A stretch of 50,777 bases of DNA from Candidatus Nomurabacteria bacterium (GTDB taxonomy: Bacteria; Patescibacteriota; Minisyncoccia; Phycocordibacterales; UBA9973): positions 1 to 50,777 of the forward strand of contig CALRGH010000002.1 of NCBI GenBank assembly GCA_943357245.1. The letters are read 5' to 3'. The position numbers and the translations under genes were made by a program. Below the pieces are notes generated by a model that was not told the origin of the DNA, did no database searches, and was given only the letters and a program-made list of their open reading frames with translations. Positions 9,698 to 18,031 of this stretch are shown here, piece by piece; within the stretch, counting starts at the first letter, position 1, and each line of letters begins with the position of its first letter.

Positions 9698-10120
9698 TTA
9701 CTTACTTGTAGCTTTTGGGCGCTTGTTACCGTAGAGCGAACGTGACTGACGTCGCTTTTCAACACCAGATGCATCGAGACGTCCACGAACGATGTGGTAT
9801 CGAACTCCGATCAAGTCCTTCACGCGACCACCACGGATGATGACCACTGAGTGCTCTTGGAGGTTGTGTCCTTCGCCGGGAATGTACGCGGTTACTTCTT
9901 GACCGTTGGTAAGGCGAACGCGGGCGATTTTTCGGAGCGCAGAGTTAGGCTTTTTAGGAGTTGTTGTCGAAACCTTCGTACACACACCACGTTTAAATGG
10001 AGATGGGTAGAATACCGGGCGATTTTTGATAGCATTAAAACCACGGGCGAGCGCGACCGCTTTTGTCTTTCGTTTTGTTTTTTTGCGTGGGCTCCGTACG
10101 AGCTGATTTACTGATGGCAT
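9698..10120 (-). CDS. rpsL: 30S ribosomal protein S12
   Basis: Conserved S12 sequence begins at MPSVNQLVR. The ORF-track start at 10198 adds 26 non-conserved residues, so the start was trimmed to ATG 10120. Confidence 0.93.
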   Translation of the reverse strand: MPSVNQLVRSPRKKTKRKTKAVALARGFNAIKNRPVFYPSPFKRGVCTKVSTTTPKKPNSALRKIARVRLTNGQEVTAYIPGEGHNLQEHSVVIIRGGRVKDLIGVRYHIVRGRLDASGVEKRRQSRSLYGNKRPKATSK

Positions 10121-10457
10121 TCCTGTGTAATATAAAAAGCCTTGAAAAGACTTTGGTAGGATTACTCTACCGTATACGGAGAAAAAATGCAAGGCCACCT
10201 ACACTGCGATAAAATATCGTTCAGGTAAATAAAAACCCACTTCCTCGTTATAACAAGGAAGCGGGCATGTATTAAGACTGTCTTACCAAAACACCATATT
10301 TCTTAAAAACAGCCTCAAAATCTTGAATAGTACATCTTGCTTTTAAAAATAAGGAGGTCGGATGGGAACTAAGCAATAACCAGCCAACCTCACTTATTTC
10401 ATTAAAAAACACTTAAACCTTTTCCAAGTGTATTCCTTTTGTTCTTTTTGTAAAGAC

Positions 10458-12188
10458 CTACACTTCAAACACTGTATTTATATACCCTTTCGTCACATCA
10501 AACGGCAATGAGGTAAATACTTTTTCATATGAACCATCGTCTTTTTTCTTTTCGATGGTTGCGTAGTAGCGACCGTTTCGAATCAAACAATAGAATCGTC
10601 CTGTCTTGTCAGTAATTTTGTGCAATGTTTCAGAATTTGTATCTGCTATAAAGATGCGCACGATAGCAAACCGAAGCGGTAATCCTGACTCTTTGCGCAT
10701 CACACCACCAAGTGGCACCATGTGACGAAGTCCAAATTGTCGAAGCATACCAAGAAGCACATATGCAATAAATACAACTATATTATAGGCGCTTGGCGCT
10801 GCAAAAAGCGCGAGTGTTGCAACAGAAAAACCTAATGCAAACAAGACATCACTCGCACGACGTAACAATTTTTCTTTACGAGAAAAGAACGACATCAAAT
10901 GTTGCGATTCTTTTGTTTGTTCATTCCAGTCTTCTTTTATCGGATCAAGAGGGATATTTTTACCGATCACATCTCCTTCTTTCGTCACCATAATTGGTCC
11001 ACCAAAATATAAATCGGAATACAATTCATCTCGATCTTTGCCGAATAATTTCTTCGAAGGAAAAATATAGTTGGTACGGTTTGCAACAATCGTATACATA
11101 CCTGGTCGTACCAAAAATCCATATCGTCCATCAAGATCAGTAATAGATGTCGATACATCTTCGCCTTTTTCGTCACGAAGCACGACGACCACCGGATCAA
11201 TTGGCTGTTTAGTAACTGCATCATACACAGTCCCCCATGGACGACGACGTTTTTTAAATCCGAGAAATCCTAAGATAAGCGACCAGAGACGCATTGGAAT
11301 AAGGACAATTTCAGAGAATGAAAATGGTGTCGCAAATAGAAGTGACGCAACAGACACAGCAACTCCTGCAATCAGGCCGACTGCTGTGCCAATTTTTACT
11401 GCTATGGACACATTTGGTTTATTTAAAATAGTACGAACCCCTGTGAGCGCATCGGTGAGAATTCCAATAGTTTCAGTAAATGTACTCGCGACTTGCTGTA
11501 CTACTTGCTGGATAAATGTGGTGCCCGGTGGATTTGTTGGTGGGATTGTAGGATCTGTAGGATTTGTCGGTGGGTTTGTGGGATTTGTTGGATTTGTTGG
11601 TGGATTTGTGGGATTTGTGGGATTTGTTGGTGGGTTTGTGGGATTTGTGGGATTTGTTGGAGGATTTCCTCCTCCACTACTACCACTCCCACTACTATTA
11701 CCATTTGCTGCTGCCCAGTCTGTTTTTACACACGCATCTGCATCCGAACAATCAAATTTAATCCAGCCACCATTTGGTCCTGATATCCATGCCCATCCAT
11801 CAAATTCACCAGCACTCGTAATCGCCACTCCACCATTAGTTGGTGCAAAGTTTACCCAACTCGCGAGAGAACCCCAGGCATAACCACCCAAAGTACCCGA
11901 CCCATTATTCGTCACTCCTGATTGAGCTGGACCAAGATTTATCCATCCTAATTTTTCACTCCACACATACCCCGTGACTGCGCTATCAGTAACACTTACC
12001 GCGGTGCCATTAGTTGGTTTAAAATTTATTTGCGTGTAGGTTGAGCAATCTGCATTACCACATAATTTTGCATATTTATAAGAAGCATTAATAGTTCCCG
12101 TTGCGGCATGAATAATATTTGTTGAAAAAGAAAAAACAACCACAATACATGTGGCGAGAAATAATGCTCTTTGTATACGAGCAGTCAT
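10458..12188 (-). CDS. Multi-domain membrane protein: secreted GYxW..GWIxF repeats, PTN-repeat linker, TM segments, two CarboxypepD_reg-like beta-sandwich domains
   Basis: Likely start MTARIQRALFLATC (signal-like). Carries (PTNPTNPTNP)n and motifs such as GTVYDAVTKQPI...TDLDGRYGF typical of the carboxypeptidase regulatory-like fold. Confidence 0.7.
   Translation of the reverse strand: MTARIQRALFLATCIVVVFSFSTNIIHAATGTINASYKYAKLCGNADCSTYTQINFKPTNGTAVSVTDSAVTGYVWSEKLGWINLGPAQSGVTNNGSGTLGGYAWGSLASWVNFAPTNGGVAITSAGEFDGWAWISGPNGGWIKFDCSDADACVKTDWAAANGNSSGSGSSGGGNPPTNPTNPTNPPTNPTNPTNPPTNPTNPTNPPTNPTDPTIPPTNPPGTTFIQQVVQQVASTFTETIGILTDALTGVRTILNKPNVSIAVKIGTAVGLIAGVAVSVASLLFATPFSFSEIVLIPMRLWSLILGFLGFKKRRRPWGTVYDAVTKQPIDPVVVVLRDEKGEDVSTSITDLDGRYGFLVRPGMYTIVANRTNYIFPSKKLFGKDRDELYSDLYFGGPIMVTKEGDVIGKNIPLDPIKEDWNEQTKESQHLMSFFSRKEKLLRRASDVLFALGFSVATLALFAAPSAYNIVVFIAYVLLGMLRQFGLRHMVPLGGVMRKESGLPLRFAIVRIFIADTNSETLHKITDKTGRFYCLIRNGRYYATIEKKKDDGSYEKVFTSLPFDVTKGYINTVFEV
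11528..11668 (-). repeat. In-frame 9-bp (30-bp super-unit) tandem repeat encoding PTN repeats
   Basis: GGATTTGTKGG units repeated about 14 times on the + strand. Confidence 0.85.
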
Positions 12189-12316
12189 AGATACATCATA
12201 CAGCATGAGGTATGTAACATAAACCATAAAATGCACAGCGTGGCACACTGTGTTATATGTTTCCTACTCCGACCGCAGTCGAAGTCCGACGAAAGTCGGA
12301 CTAACTATTTCCTAAT

Positions 12317-12925
12317 TTAATTCCCAACAATAAGTGTATACAAAATCTGAATGAGCGGTGCAACATATCGCCAAATAAAAAATATAAAGATAAGTAAAAA
12401 TGCAATTGAATACTGCTCGATTACTTGTTCGTAGTACGCAAAGCGTGGCGGCAATATCGAGAAAAGAATTTTTGATCCATCAAGTGGTGGGATTGGAACC
12501 AAGTTAAAAATAGCAAGCACTAAGTTTATAAAAACAACTGCCTGCAAGATTGCACTGGTGCCAGCCATGCCATCTGGAAGAAATCGAAGGATAAGTCCAA
12601 AAAATACGGCCACGCATACATTCACAAAAATACCTGCACTCGCAACAGCAAGTGTCCCTTTCCGACGATTGGTAAGATTATTTGGATTATATGGTACTGG
12701 TTTTGCCCACCCAAACACAATGCCGGTGCCCGAGAGAATAAGCGCGAGTGGAATAACAATCGATCCCATAATGTCTATGTGCTTAATGGGATTAAGGGTA
12801 AGTCGTCCCATACGAAGTGCTGTCTCATCACCGTATTTAAGCGCAGCAAAACCATGCGCCACTTCGTGAATGACGACAGACATAATGAGAATGACTACAT
12901 AAAAAATACTACCGAGAAGATCCAT
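12317..12925 (-). CDS. Site-2 protease family (M50) membrane metalloprotease
   Basis: 202 aa, polytopic; HEVAHG (HExxH) in the first TM region. Confidence 0.8.
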   Translation of the reverse strand: MDLLGSIFYVVILIMSVVIHEVAHGFAALKYGDETALRMGRLTLNPIKHIDIMGSIVIPLALILSGTGIVFGWAKPVPYNPNNLTNRRKGTLAVASAGIFVNVCVAVFFGLILRFLPDGMAGTSAILQAVVFINLVLAIFNLVPIPPLDGSKILFSILPPRFAYYEQVIEQYSIAFLLIFIFFIWRYVAPLIQILYTLIVGN

Positions 12926-13019
12926 GGAAATAATAATACCACAAGGTTCTAGTTTCTAGGTGCTAGGTTCTAGTGGTATCGCTTGCGTTTTGTATAAAAA
13001 ACGAGTATAGTGGCGGTCT

Positions 13020-13265
13020 ATGGCGAAAGTATGCGCAATAACTAAAAAAGGATCCCAAATGGGTGGCAAATACGCAAACCGCACTCGTGCGACTATTTTT
13101 ACCCCTACCGGCAAAGTGCGCAAATATGCGAACCTCCAAAAAAAGAAAATTTACATTCCTGAGTTGAAAAAGAGTATGAATCTCGTCATCTCTACTGAAG
13201 CCATCCGCACAATCCAAAAGAAAGGTGCATATGCTACCCTCAAGAAAGCAGGAGTACTCAAGTAG
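13020..13265 (+). CDS. rpmB: 50S ribosomal protein L28
   Basis: 81 aa; MAKVCAITKK... with an L28-like pattern. Confidence 0.85.
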   Translation: MAKVCAITKKGSQMGGKYANRTRATIFTPTGKVRKYANLQKKKIYIPELKKSMNLVISTEAIRTIQKKGAYATLKKAGVLK

Positions 13266-13377
13266 CAAGGAACAGGTAGCAAGTAGTAAGGTTCCGAACA
13301 AATACAAAACACAGGATTTGGCTTTGCCAAATCCTGTGTTTTGTATCCCTTGCTACTTGCTACATTACCCTTGCTAC
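13261..13377. terminator. Composite module: family C arms (GTAGCAAG / CTTGCTAC) around a bidirectional terminator hairpin
   Basis: Inner stem CACAGGATTTGGC-TTT-GCCAAATCCTGTG flanked by A- and T-runs, outer low-complexity arms, between convergent genes. Same architecture as 41583-41703. Confidence 0.8.
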
Positions 13378-13380
13378 CAT

Positions 13381-14241
13381 TCACTCACACATAAAGACAA
13401 ACCCTTTGCTGGTGCACGTCACACGACCATCACGAGACGTCAAGAAATACGGAACATGAAACTGCGCGAGCGTATCGAGTGTTTCTTTATGCGGATGCCC
13501 GTATGAATTTTTTTCGCCAGCGGAAATCACCGCAAGTTCTGGTGACAATGCATCCACAAATGCACGACTCGTCGAGGTACGCGAGCCATGATGTCCCACT
13601 TTTAAAATAAGTTCATTGCGTGCATATGTTTTTATTTTTTCTGTTACAAAAGATTCCGTGCGCATGACTGAGTCCCCCGTCAACATGACGGCGCTTTTGC
13701 CATACGTAAGCACACTCATAATCGAACCCTCATTTGAATTCCATGACGAGGTGTTTCTGTCGGGAAATAAAATCTTGATGCCGACATTTTTTGCAGGGTC
13801 GAGCATAATCGTTTGCCCTGCATGTGCAAGATACACCGGAATATTTTTTGCATCAATTTTATCGGTAAATAATTTCCACGTTGCTGTTTTTGAAAATGTG
13901 CCAGGCACGATAACGACGCCAATCTGATAATTGTCGAGTATATTGATAAATCCATGATAGTGGTCAGTGTCTGGGTTTGTGACTATGAGCATGTCAATAG
14001 TTGTATCACCAAAGGGCACCACATTCGCAAGTTCACCCGCGAGTGCGTCGTTTGGTCCACCATCGACAATCACCTGCCGTTTATTTGGTGCTTCGATATA
14101 AATAGCATCGCCTTGACCGATATTGAGAAAGGAAACTTTGAGGATGTCATTGGGCTTACGGGTGAGCAATAATTGCGCAAACACAATTGTAAAAATAAAA
14201 GCTATGCCGAGGGTAATGAGCCGAATTCGTACTGGAAACAT
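13381..14241 (-). CDS. ComEC-type metallo-beta-lactamase domain protein (stand-alone, N-terminal TM anchor)
   Basis: 286 aa; NIGQGDAIYIE, NPDTDHYHG, KVGHHGSRTS, YGHP motifs as in the ComEC C-terminal domain. Confidence 0.8.
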   Translation of the reverse strand: MFPVRIRLITLGIAFIFTIVFAQLLLTRKPNDILKVSFLNIGQGDAIYIEAPNKRQVIVDGGPNDALAGELANVVPFGDTTIDMLIVTNPDTDHYHGFINILDNYQIGVVIVPGTFSKTATWKLFTDKIDAKNIPVYLAHAGQTIMLDPAKNVGIKILFPDRNTSSWNSNEGSIMSVLTYGKSAVMLTGDSVMRTESFVTEKIKTYARNELILKVGHHGSRTSTSRAFVDALSPELAVISAGEKNSYGHPHKETLDTLAQFHVPYFLTSRDGRVTCTSKGFVFMCE

Positions 14242-14249
14242 GGTATAAT
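14241..14249 (+). promoter_or_regulatory. Extended -10 (TGGTATAAT) upstream of sod
   Basis: TGnTATAAT 34 nt before the ATG; no good -35. Confidence 0.5.
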
Positions 14250-14282
14250 CGTACCATTAGAGGTTAATCAAAAACACATTTT

Positions 14283-14879
14283 ATGAACACATTCACCGCA
14301 AAAACATTCACGATTCCCGAGCTCACAGGAATTTCAAAAAAGAATATTGAAGAGCATATAAAGCTCTACGAAGGATACGTAAAATTCACGAATCATATTT
14401 TGGTACGCATTGATGAACTTGCAAAAGACGCAGAAAAAAATGCATACGAACTCGGAGAATTACAGCGCCGTTTTGGTTTTGAATGGGGTGGCATGAAAAA
14501 TCATGAATGTTATTTTTCATTACTTGAAGGAGGTCCGAATGAACTTAGTGCCGATAGTGCGCTTCGTGCAAAAATTACTGAACAATTTGGCTCCTTTGAT
14601 GCATGGTTTGCCCGATTTAAAGCGATTGCACTCACTCGAGGTATTGGTTGGACAATGCTTTGCTACGACAAAGCAACAGACACGCTCGAAAATGCATGGG
14701 TTGATGAACAACACCTTGGGCAACTTGCGAATACTGATCAAATTATTGCGCTTGATATGTGGGAACACGCCTATGTCGGTGATTACTGGTCTTCTGGCAA
14801 AAAACAATACATTGAAGACTTTTTCAAAAATATAAATTGGAGTGTTGCAGAGAAAAATTTCACAGAAGCAACAAAATAG
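14283..14879 (+). CDS. sod: Fe/Mn superoxide dismutase
   Basis: 198 aa; DMWEHAY metal-ligand motif. Confidence 0.9.
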   Translation: MNTFTAKTFTIPELTGISKKNIEEHIKLYEGYVKFTNHILVRIDELAKDAEKNAYELGELQRRFGFEWGGMKNHECYFSLLEGGPNELSADSALRAKITEQFGSFDAWFARFKAIALTRGIGWTMLCYDKATDTLENAWVDEQHLGQLANTDQIIALDMWEHAYVGDYWSSGKKQYIEDFFKNINWSVAEKNFTEATK

Positions 14880-14915
14880 AAAAAATAAAAAGCGCACCGT
14901 GTGGTGCGCTTTTTC

Positions 14916-15308
14916 TTAATTCTTTTTCTTTTCGAACTCTCGGTACTCGTTCCAATATCGCATCAAGAGAAGGTCATGCAGTTTTCCTGTCTTAAGTACA
15001 ATATCTTTAAGATATTTTCTATGCAGATGTTCTTCTTCCGGCAAAGAAATTATCTTTTTCATACATTCTTTATGAAGATCGAACAACATATGTACCCTTT
15101 TAATAAAGTGCCCTGTATTTTCTTTGTTTGCTAAAAAAAGTTCTTGCTCGTCCTGATCAAGATCAACAACATCAAATATTTTTGCGATAATATTTTTTAA
15201 CGCAAAAATATCTGCGCTGTTATATTTATCTTCATCAAAATGTTTCAATAGCTCTTGTATTCTCAGTATTTCTTTCTGAAAATCATGTTTACGAATTAGA
15301 TTTTTCAT
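14916..15308 (-). CDS. Hypothetical helical protein
   Basis: 130-aa ORF; no family recognised. Confidence 0.45.
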   Translation of the reverse strand: MKNLIRKHDFQKEILRIQELLKHFDEDKYNSADIFALKNIIAKIFDVVDLDQDEQELFLANKENTGHFIKRVHMLFDLHKECMKKIISLPEEEHLHRKYLKDIVLKTGKLHDLLLMRYWNEYREFEKKKN

Positions 15309-15388
15309 GAGTTAAAATTTTCATCACTGTATACCTCTACCAACAAAAAAGCAACCATAGTCAATTTTTCGCCATGGCGAAAAATTGA

Positions 15389-16837
15389 CTATTGTTTATT
15401 TGCTCTCTTTTCCCTACACAAATACCAAAACAATGGCACATAATATAGCCCGACAATCCAAAACGGAATTGTCACCGGCAACGCCGCAAATGGAATGAGC
15501 GCTGCTGTTTTGATAATAAAAAGTAATACCTTTGTTGCAAGTGAAAGTATGTAGGCAAACGGCAATACAAAAATTGTTCCAATCCATCCCAATATAAATA
15601 CCGGAAGTGTCAAAAACATCACCAGTGGTACCAGTGGTGCAATTAAAATATTTATTGGAAATGAAACAAGTGAGAACACGCCAATTTTGTACGCAATGAT
15701 CGGAATAACCATGACACTTGCTGCGAGGGTAAGTTGTATTGCTTCAGTAATCCATTTTACAGGCGTACGAATAAACGTGAGCTTCGGTGCAAGGACAACA
15801 ACACCAATTGTCGCCAAAAATGAAAGTTGAAATGAGAGATCATACATAATACGCGGATGAAACAATGTCATGCCGACTCCAGCAAGCAATAATGCTCGCA
15901 CAAAAATATAATCACGACCAAGTAGTCCTGCAATTAATATCAAACTCCCCATAATCCCTGCACGAATAGCAGTAATTTGTGCACCGGTCATAATAACGAA
16001 CAATACAATAATGAGAACGCCACCGATCTCTTGTGTGCGTTTTCCAAGTCTGCGTAATAAAAAAGTAACTGCCATTGCAAGAAGTGACACATTAAAACCA
16101 GACAACGCAACAATATGACTCGTTCCTGTTATTGATAAAGCATTACGTAATTCGTCAGTGAAACTTTGTTTATTGCCCAATACGATTCCCCCAGCAAGTT
16201 GGGCTTCTTCTTGCCCCAAATAGTGATTAATAATATTTGTTAATTTTGATTTGAATTTGAAAAGTAGTTCTAATATTTTTGATGGTGGATTGTGCCCTGT
16301 CACGGTTATTTCTTTTGCATAGGCAATAAGATACACGCCTTGATTTGCCAAATATTCATCATAGGCGAAACTTTTGCCAAAATTTGTATCAAATGGTTGT
16401 GGCTTCTCGAGTGTCGTGCGTATCGTGATCGTATCACCATAACGAAGTGCTGTTTGCGGACCAAACACCAAAATAGTGTCACTGCCAACTTTTGCAGAAA
16501 ATCGTGTACCGCTTTTACTTGAACCAGGAATATCATCAACAATGGCATGGAGAGTAATTTGTTTCGCAGTGGACGCAAGTGTAGGACTCGGAGTATGCAC
16601 AAACAGTGCAACAAAAAGAAAGGCAGAAATACCGCCAAGAAATAAAAATAAGAAAATCCTCGCGGTGCTATTTTTTCGCAGAAAAAATAGCACCGCGATC
16701 GCAATCATCACAAGAAGCACTCCACCTACGTATGGATACAGTGGTGTATGCGCAACCAATAGCGCAACTGTTATAAGAAAAGAAATGAGTGCATAATCAA
16801 GATTCCGAAACCGTAGTTTATGAGAATCCTCTTGCAT
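15389..16837 (-). CDS. comEC: ComEC/Rec2 DNA-uptake channel (DUF4131 + competence domain, no MBL domain)
   Basis: 482 aa, polytopic; ITGTSHIVALSGFNVSLL core motif. Confidence 0.85.
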   Translation of the reverse strand: MQEDSHKLRFRNLDYALISFLITVALLVAHTPLYPYVGGVLLVMIAIAVLFFLRKNSTARIFLFLFLGGISAFLFVALFVHTPSPTLASTAKQITLHAIVDDIPGSSKSGTRFSAKVGSDTILVFGPQTALRYGDTITIRTTLEKPQPFDTNFGKSFAYDEYLANQGVYLIAYAKEITVTGHNPPSKILELLFKFKSKLTNIINHYLGQEEAQLAGGIVLGNKQSFTDELRNALSITGTSHIVALSGFNVSLLAMAVTFLLRRLGKRTQEIGGVLIIVLFVIMTGAQITAIRAGIMGSLILIAGLLGRDYIFVRALLLAGVGMTLFHPRIMYDLSFQLSFLATIGVVVLAPKLTFIRTPVKWITEAIQLTLAASVMVIPIIAYKIGVFSLVSFPINILIAPLVPLVMFLTLPVFILGWIGTIFVLPFAYILSLATKVLLFIIKTAALIPFAALPVTIPFWIVGLYYVPLFWYLCREKRANKQ

Positions 16838-16843
16838 AATAAG

Positions 16844-17596
16844 TTATCGGTCGCCGAGTAGTGACATCAATGTCCATTCTTGTATCAATTCTTCTTCTTC
16901 CTCTTTTGAAAATACTTTTTTATATTTTGCACCAGATTTTCCTTTCACCCGCGCTTCACAGTCATCCCATGTTTTGTGGACTTCGATCATACTCTTCAAC
17001 ATTGATACATATGAGTACGCAGGCTTTGTACTTTTTGGTGGAGATTTTCTATCCGGTAATGTAACGTGTTCTAAATTTTCGAGTGAATTATTGTACAGTT
17101 TCTCATATTTTTCTTTTGAACCGGAATATAAAATCGGCACCGTGCCATCTGCGTACGCTGTGGCAATCGCATCTACACGCTCATTACCAAACACGCCGAC
17201 GTGGCCTTTTACTTTTTCCCACACGATTGTGTATTTTGTTTTTAATCGGAAAAGAAGCGCTGCAATCGCTTTCCATAATTCCTGATTTTGAACCGGCTCG
17301 CCTGCGGATGTTTTCCATCCATTTTTCTCCCACGAATACACCCAGCCAGTCACCCCACCCAACACGTATGCAGAGTCCAAATGCATAACGATTTCATCTG
17401 CTTCCTCAGGCTTTGATTCAACAGCACGGAGAGCCTCAAGACACGCAGTAAGTTCCATCTGATTATTGGTCGCGACATCAGCTCTACCGCCATATTCATT
17501 GATTTTGCCGGAAGGATAGAGGACAACGACGCCCCAACCAGATGGGCCTGGATTGCCCCTCGATGAGCCATCAGTAAAAATGCGGATTTGTTTCAT
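16844..17596 (-). CDS. rnhA: Ribonuclease HI with a C-terminal hybrid-binding (Cauli_VI-like) domain
   Basis: MKQIRIFTDGSSRGNPGPSGWG RNase H core. C-terminus WDDCEARVKGKSGAKYKKVFSKEEEEE resembles the RNase H1 HBD. Start could be 17596, 17605 or 17632. Confidence 0.8.
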   Translation of the reverse strand: MKQIRIFTDGSSRGNPGPSGWGVVVLYPSGKINEYGGRADVATNNQMELTACLEALRAVESKPEEADEIVMHLDSAYVLGGVTGWVYSWEKNGWKTSAGEPVQNQELWKAIAALLFRLKTKYTIVWEKVKGHVGVFGNERVDAIATAYADGTVPILYSGSKEKYEKLYNNSLENLEHVTLPDRKSPPKSTKPAYSYVSMLKSMIEVHKTWDDCEARVKGKSGAKYKKVFSKEEEEELIQEWTLMSLLGDR

Positions 17597-17656
17597 ATGA
17601 GGCATTGTAGCAAAAGAAAACCCGCCTTGCATTTCGCAAGACGGGTAGTAATTTTA

Positions 17657-17992
17657 TTAACTTTTTGGAAAAAACATAACAAAACCATATACAGATTTTG
17701 AAGACTCATCATCCATGATCGGCACAGGACCAATTCGACATAAGTATTCAAGATGATCTTTGTCTGTTCTAAAACCTGATCGCAAGGCAAGATCATATAA
17801 ATTTGTTCCTGTACTTAAGACTCTCGTAATTATAGGCTTATCATGTTCATTTCCTCCATCACGCAATCTCAGTACTGCATTGATATTGGGTAATTGAATT
17901 CTTAAATGATCAGGTGATTCCAGTATTTTCTTTGTTTCCTCCGGCTTAAGGAAAATTTTAAACAGCCTGCTAGGGAATATTTGAACTTCCAT
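17657..17992 (-). CDS. Hypothetical protein
   Basis: 111-aa ORF between recJ and rnhA, same strand. Confidence 0.45.
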   Translation of the reverse strand: MEVQIFPSRLFKIFLKPEETKKILESPDHLRIQLPNINAVLRLRDGGNEHDKPIITRVLSTGTNLYDLALRSGFRTDKDHLEYLCRIGPVPIMDDESSKSVYGFVMFFPKS

Positions 17993-18031
17993 GAATTAAA
18001 TTTTTTGTTTGACGATACAATACGCTCAAAT

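Noticed and set aside
9698-10198. N-terminally extended ORF-track models: rpsL to 10198, pilB to 33870, clpP from 43234, target gene to 26724, transposase to 27468, 20359 ORF to 20991
   Set aside because: The extensions are non-conserved and run through promoters, REP hairpins or repeat elements. Starts were moved to the first Met consistent with the conserved family N-terminus.
11528-11668. Possible CRISPR array
   Set aside because: The units are 9-10 bp with no spacers and are in-frame inside a CDS. No cas genes and no repeat-spacer periodicity occur anywhere in the window.
11071-11883. 270-aa plus-strand ORF (and the smaller ORFs at 11493-11783, 11501-11704 and 11564-11761) over the PTN repeat
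   Set aside because: They are antisense or alternative-frame readings of the tandem repeat inside the well-supported 10458..12188 gene. Their low-complexity translations (FVGFVG..., WICWW...) are repeat artefacts.
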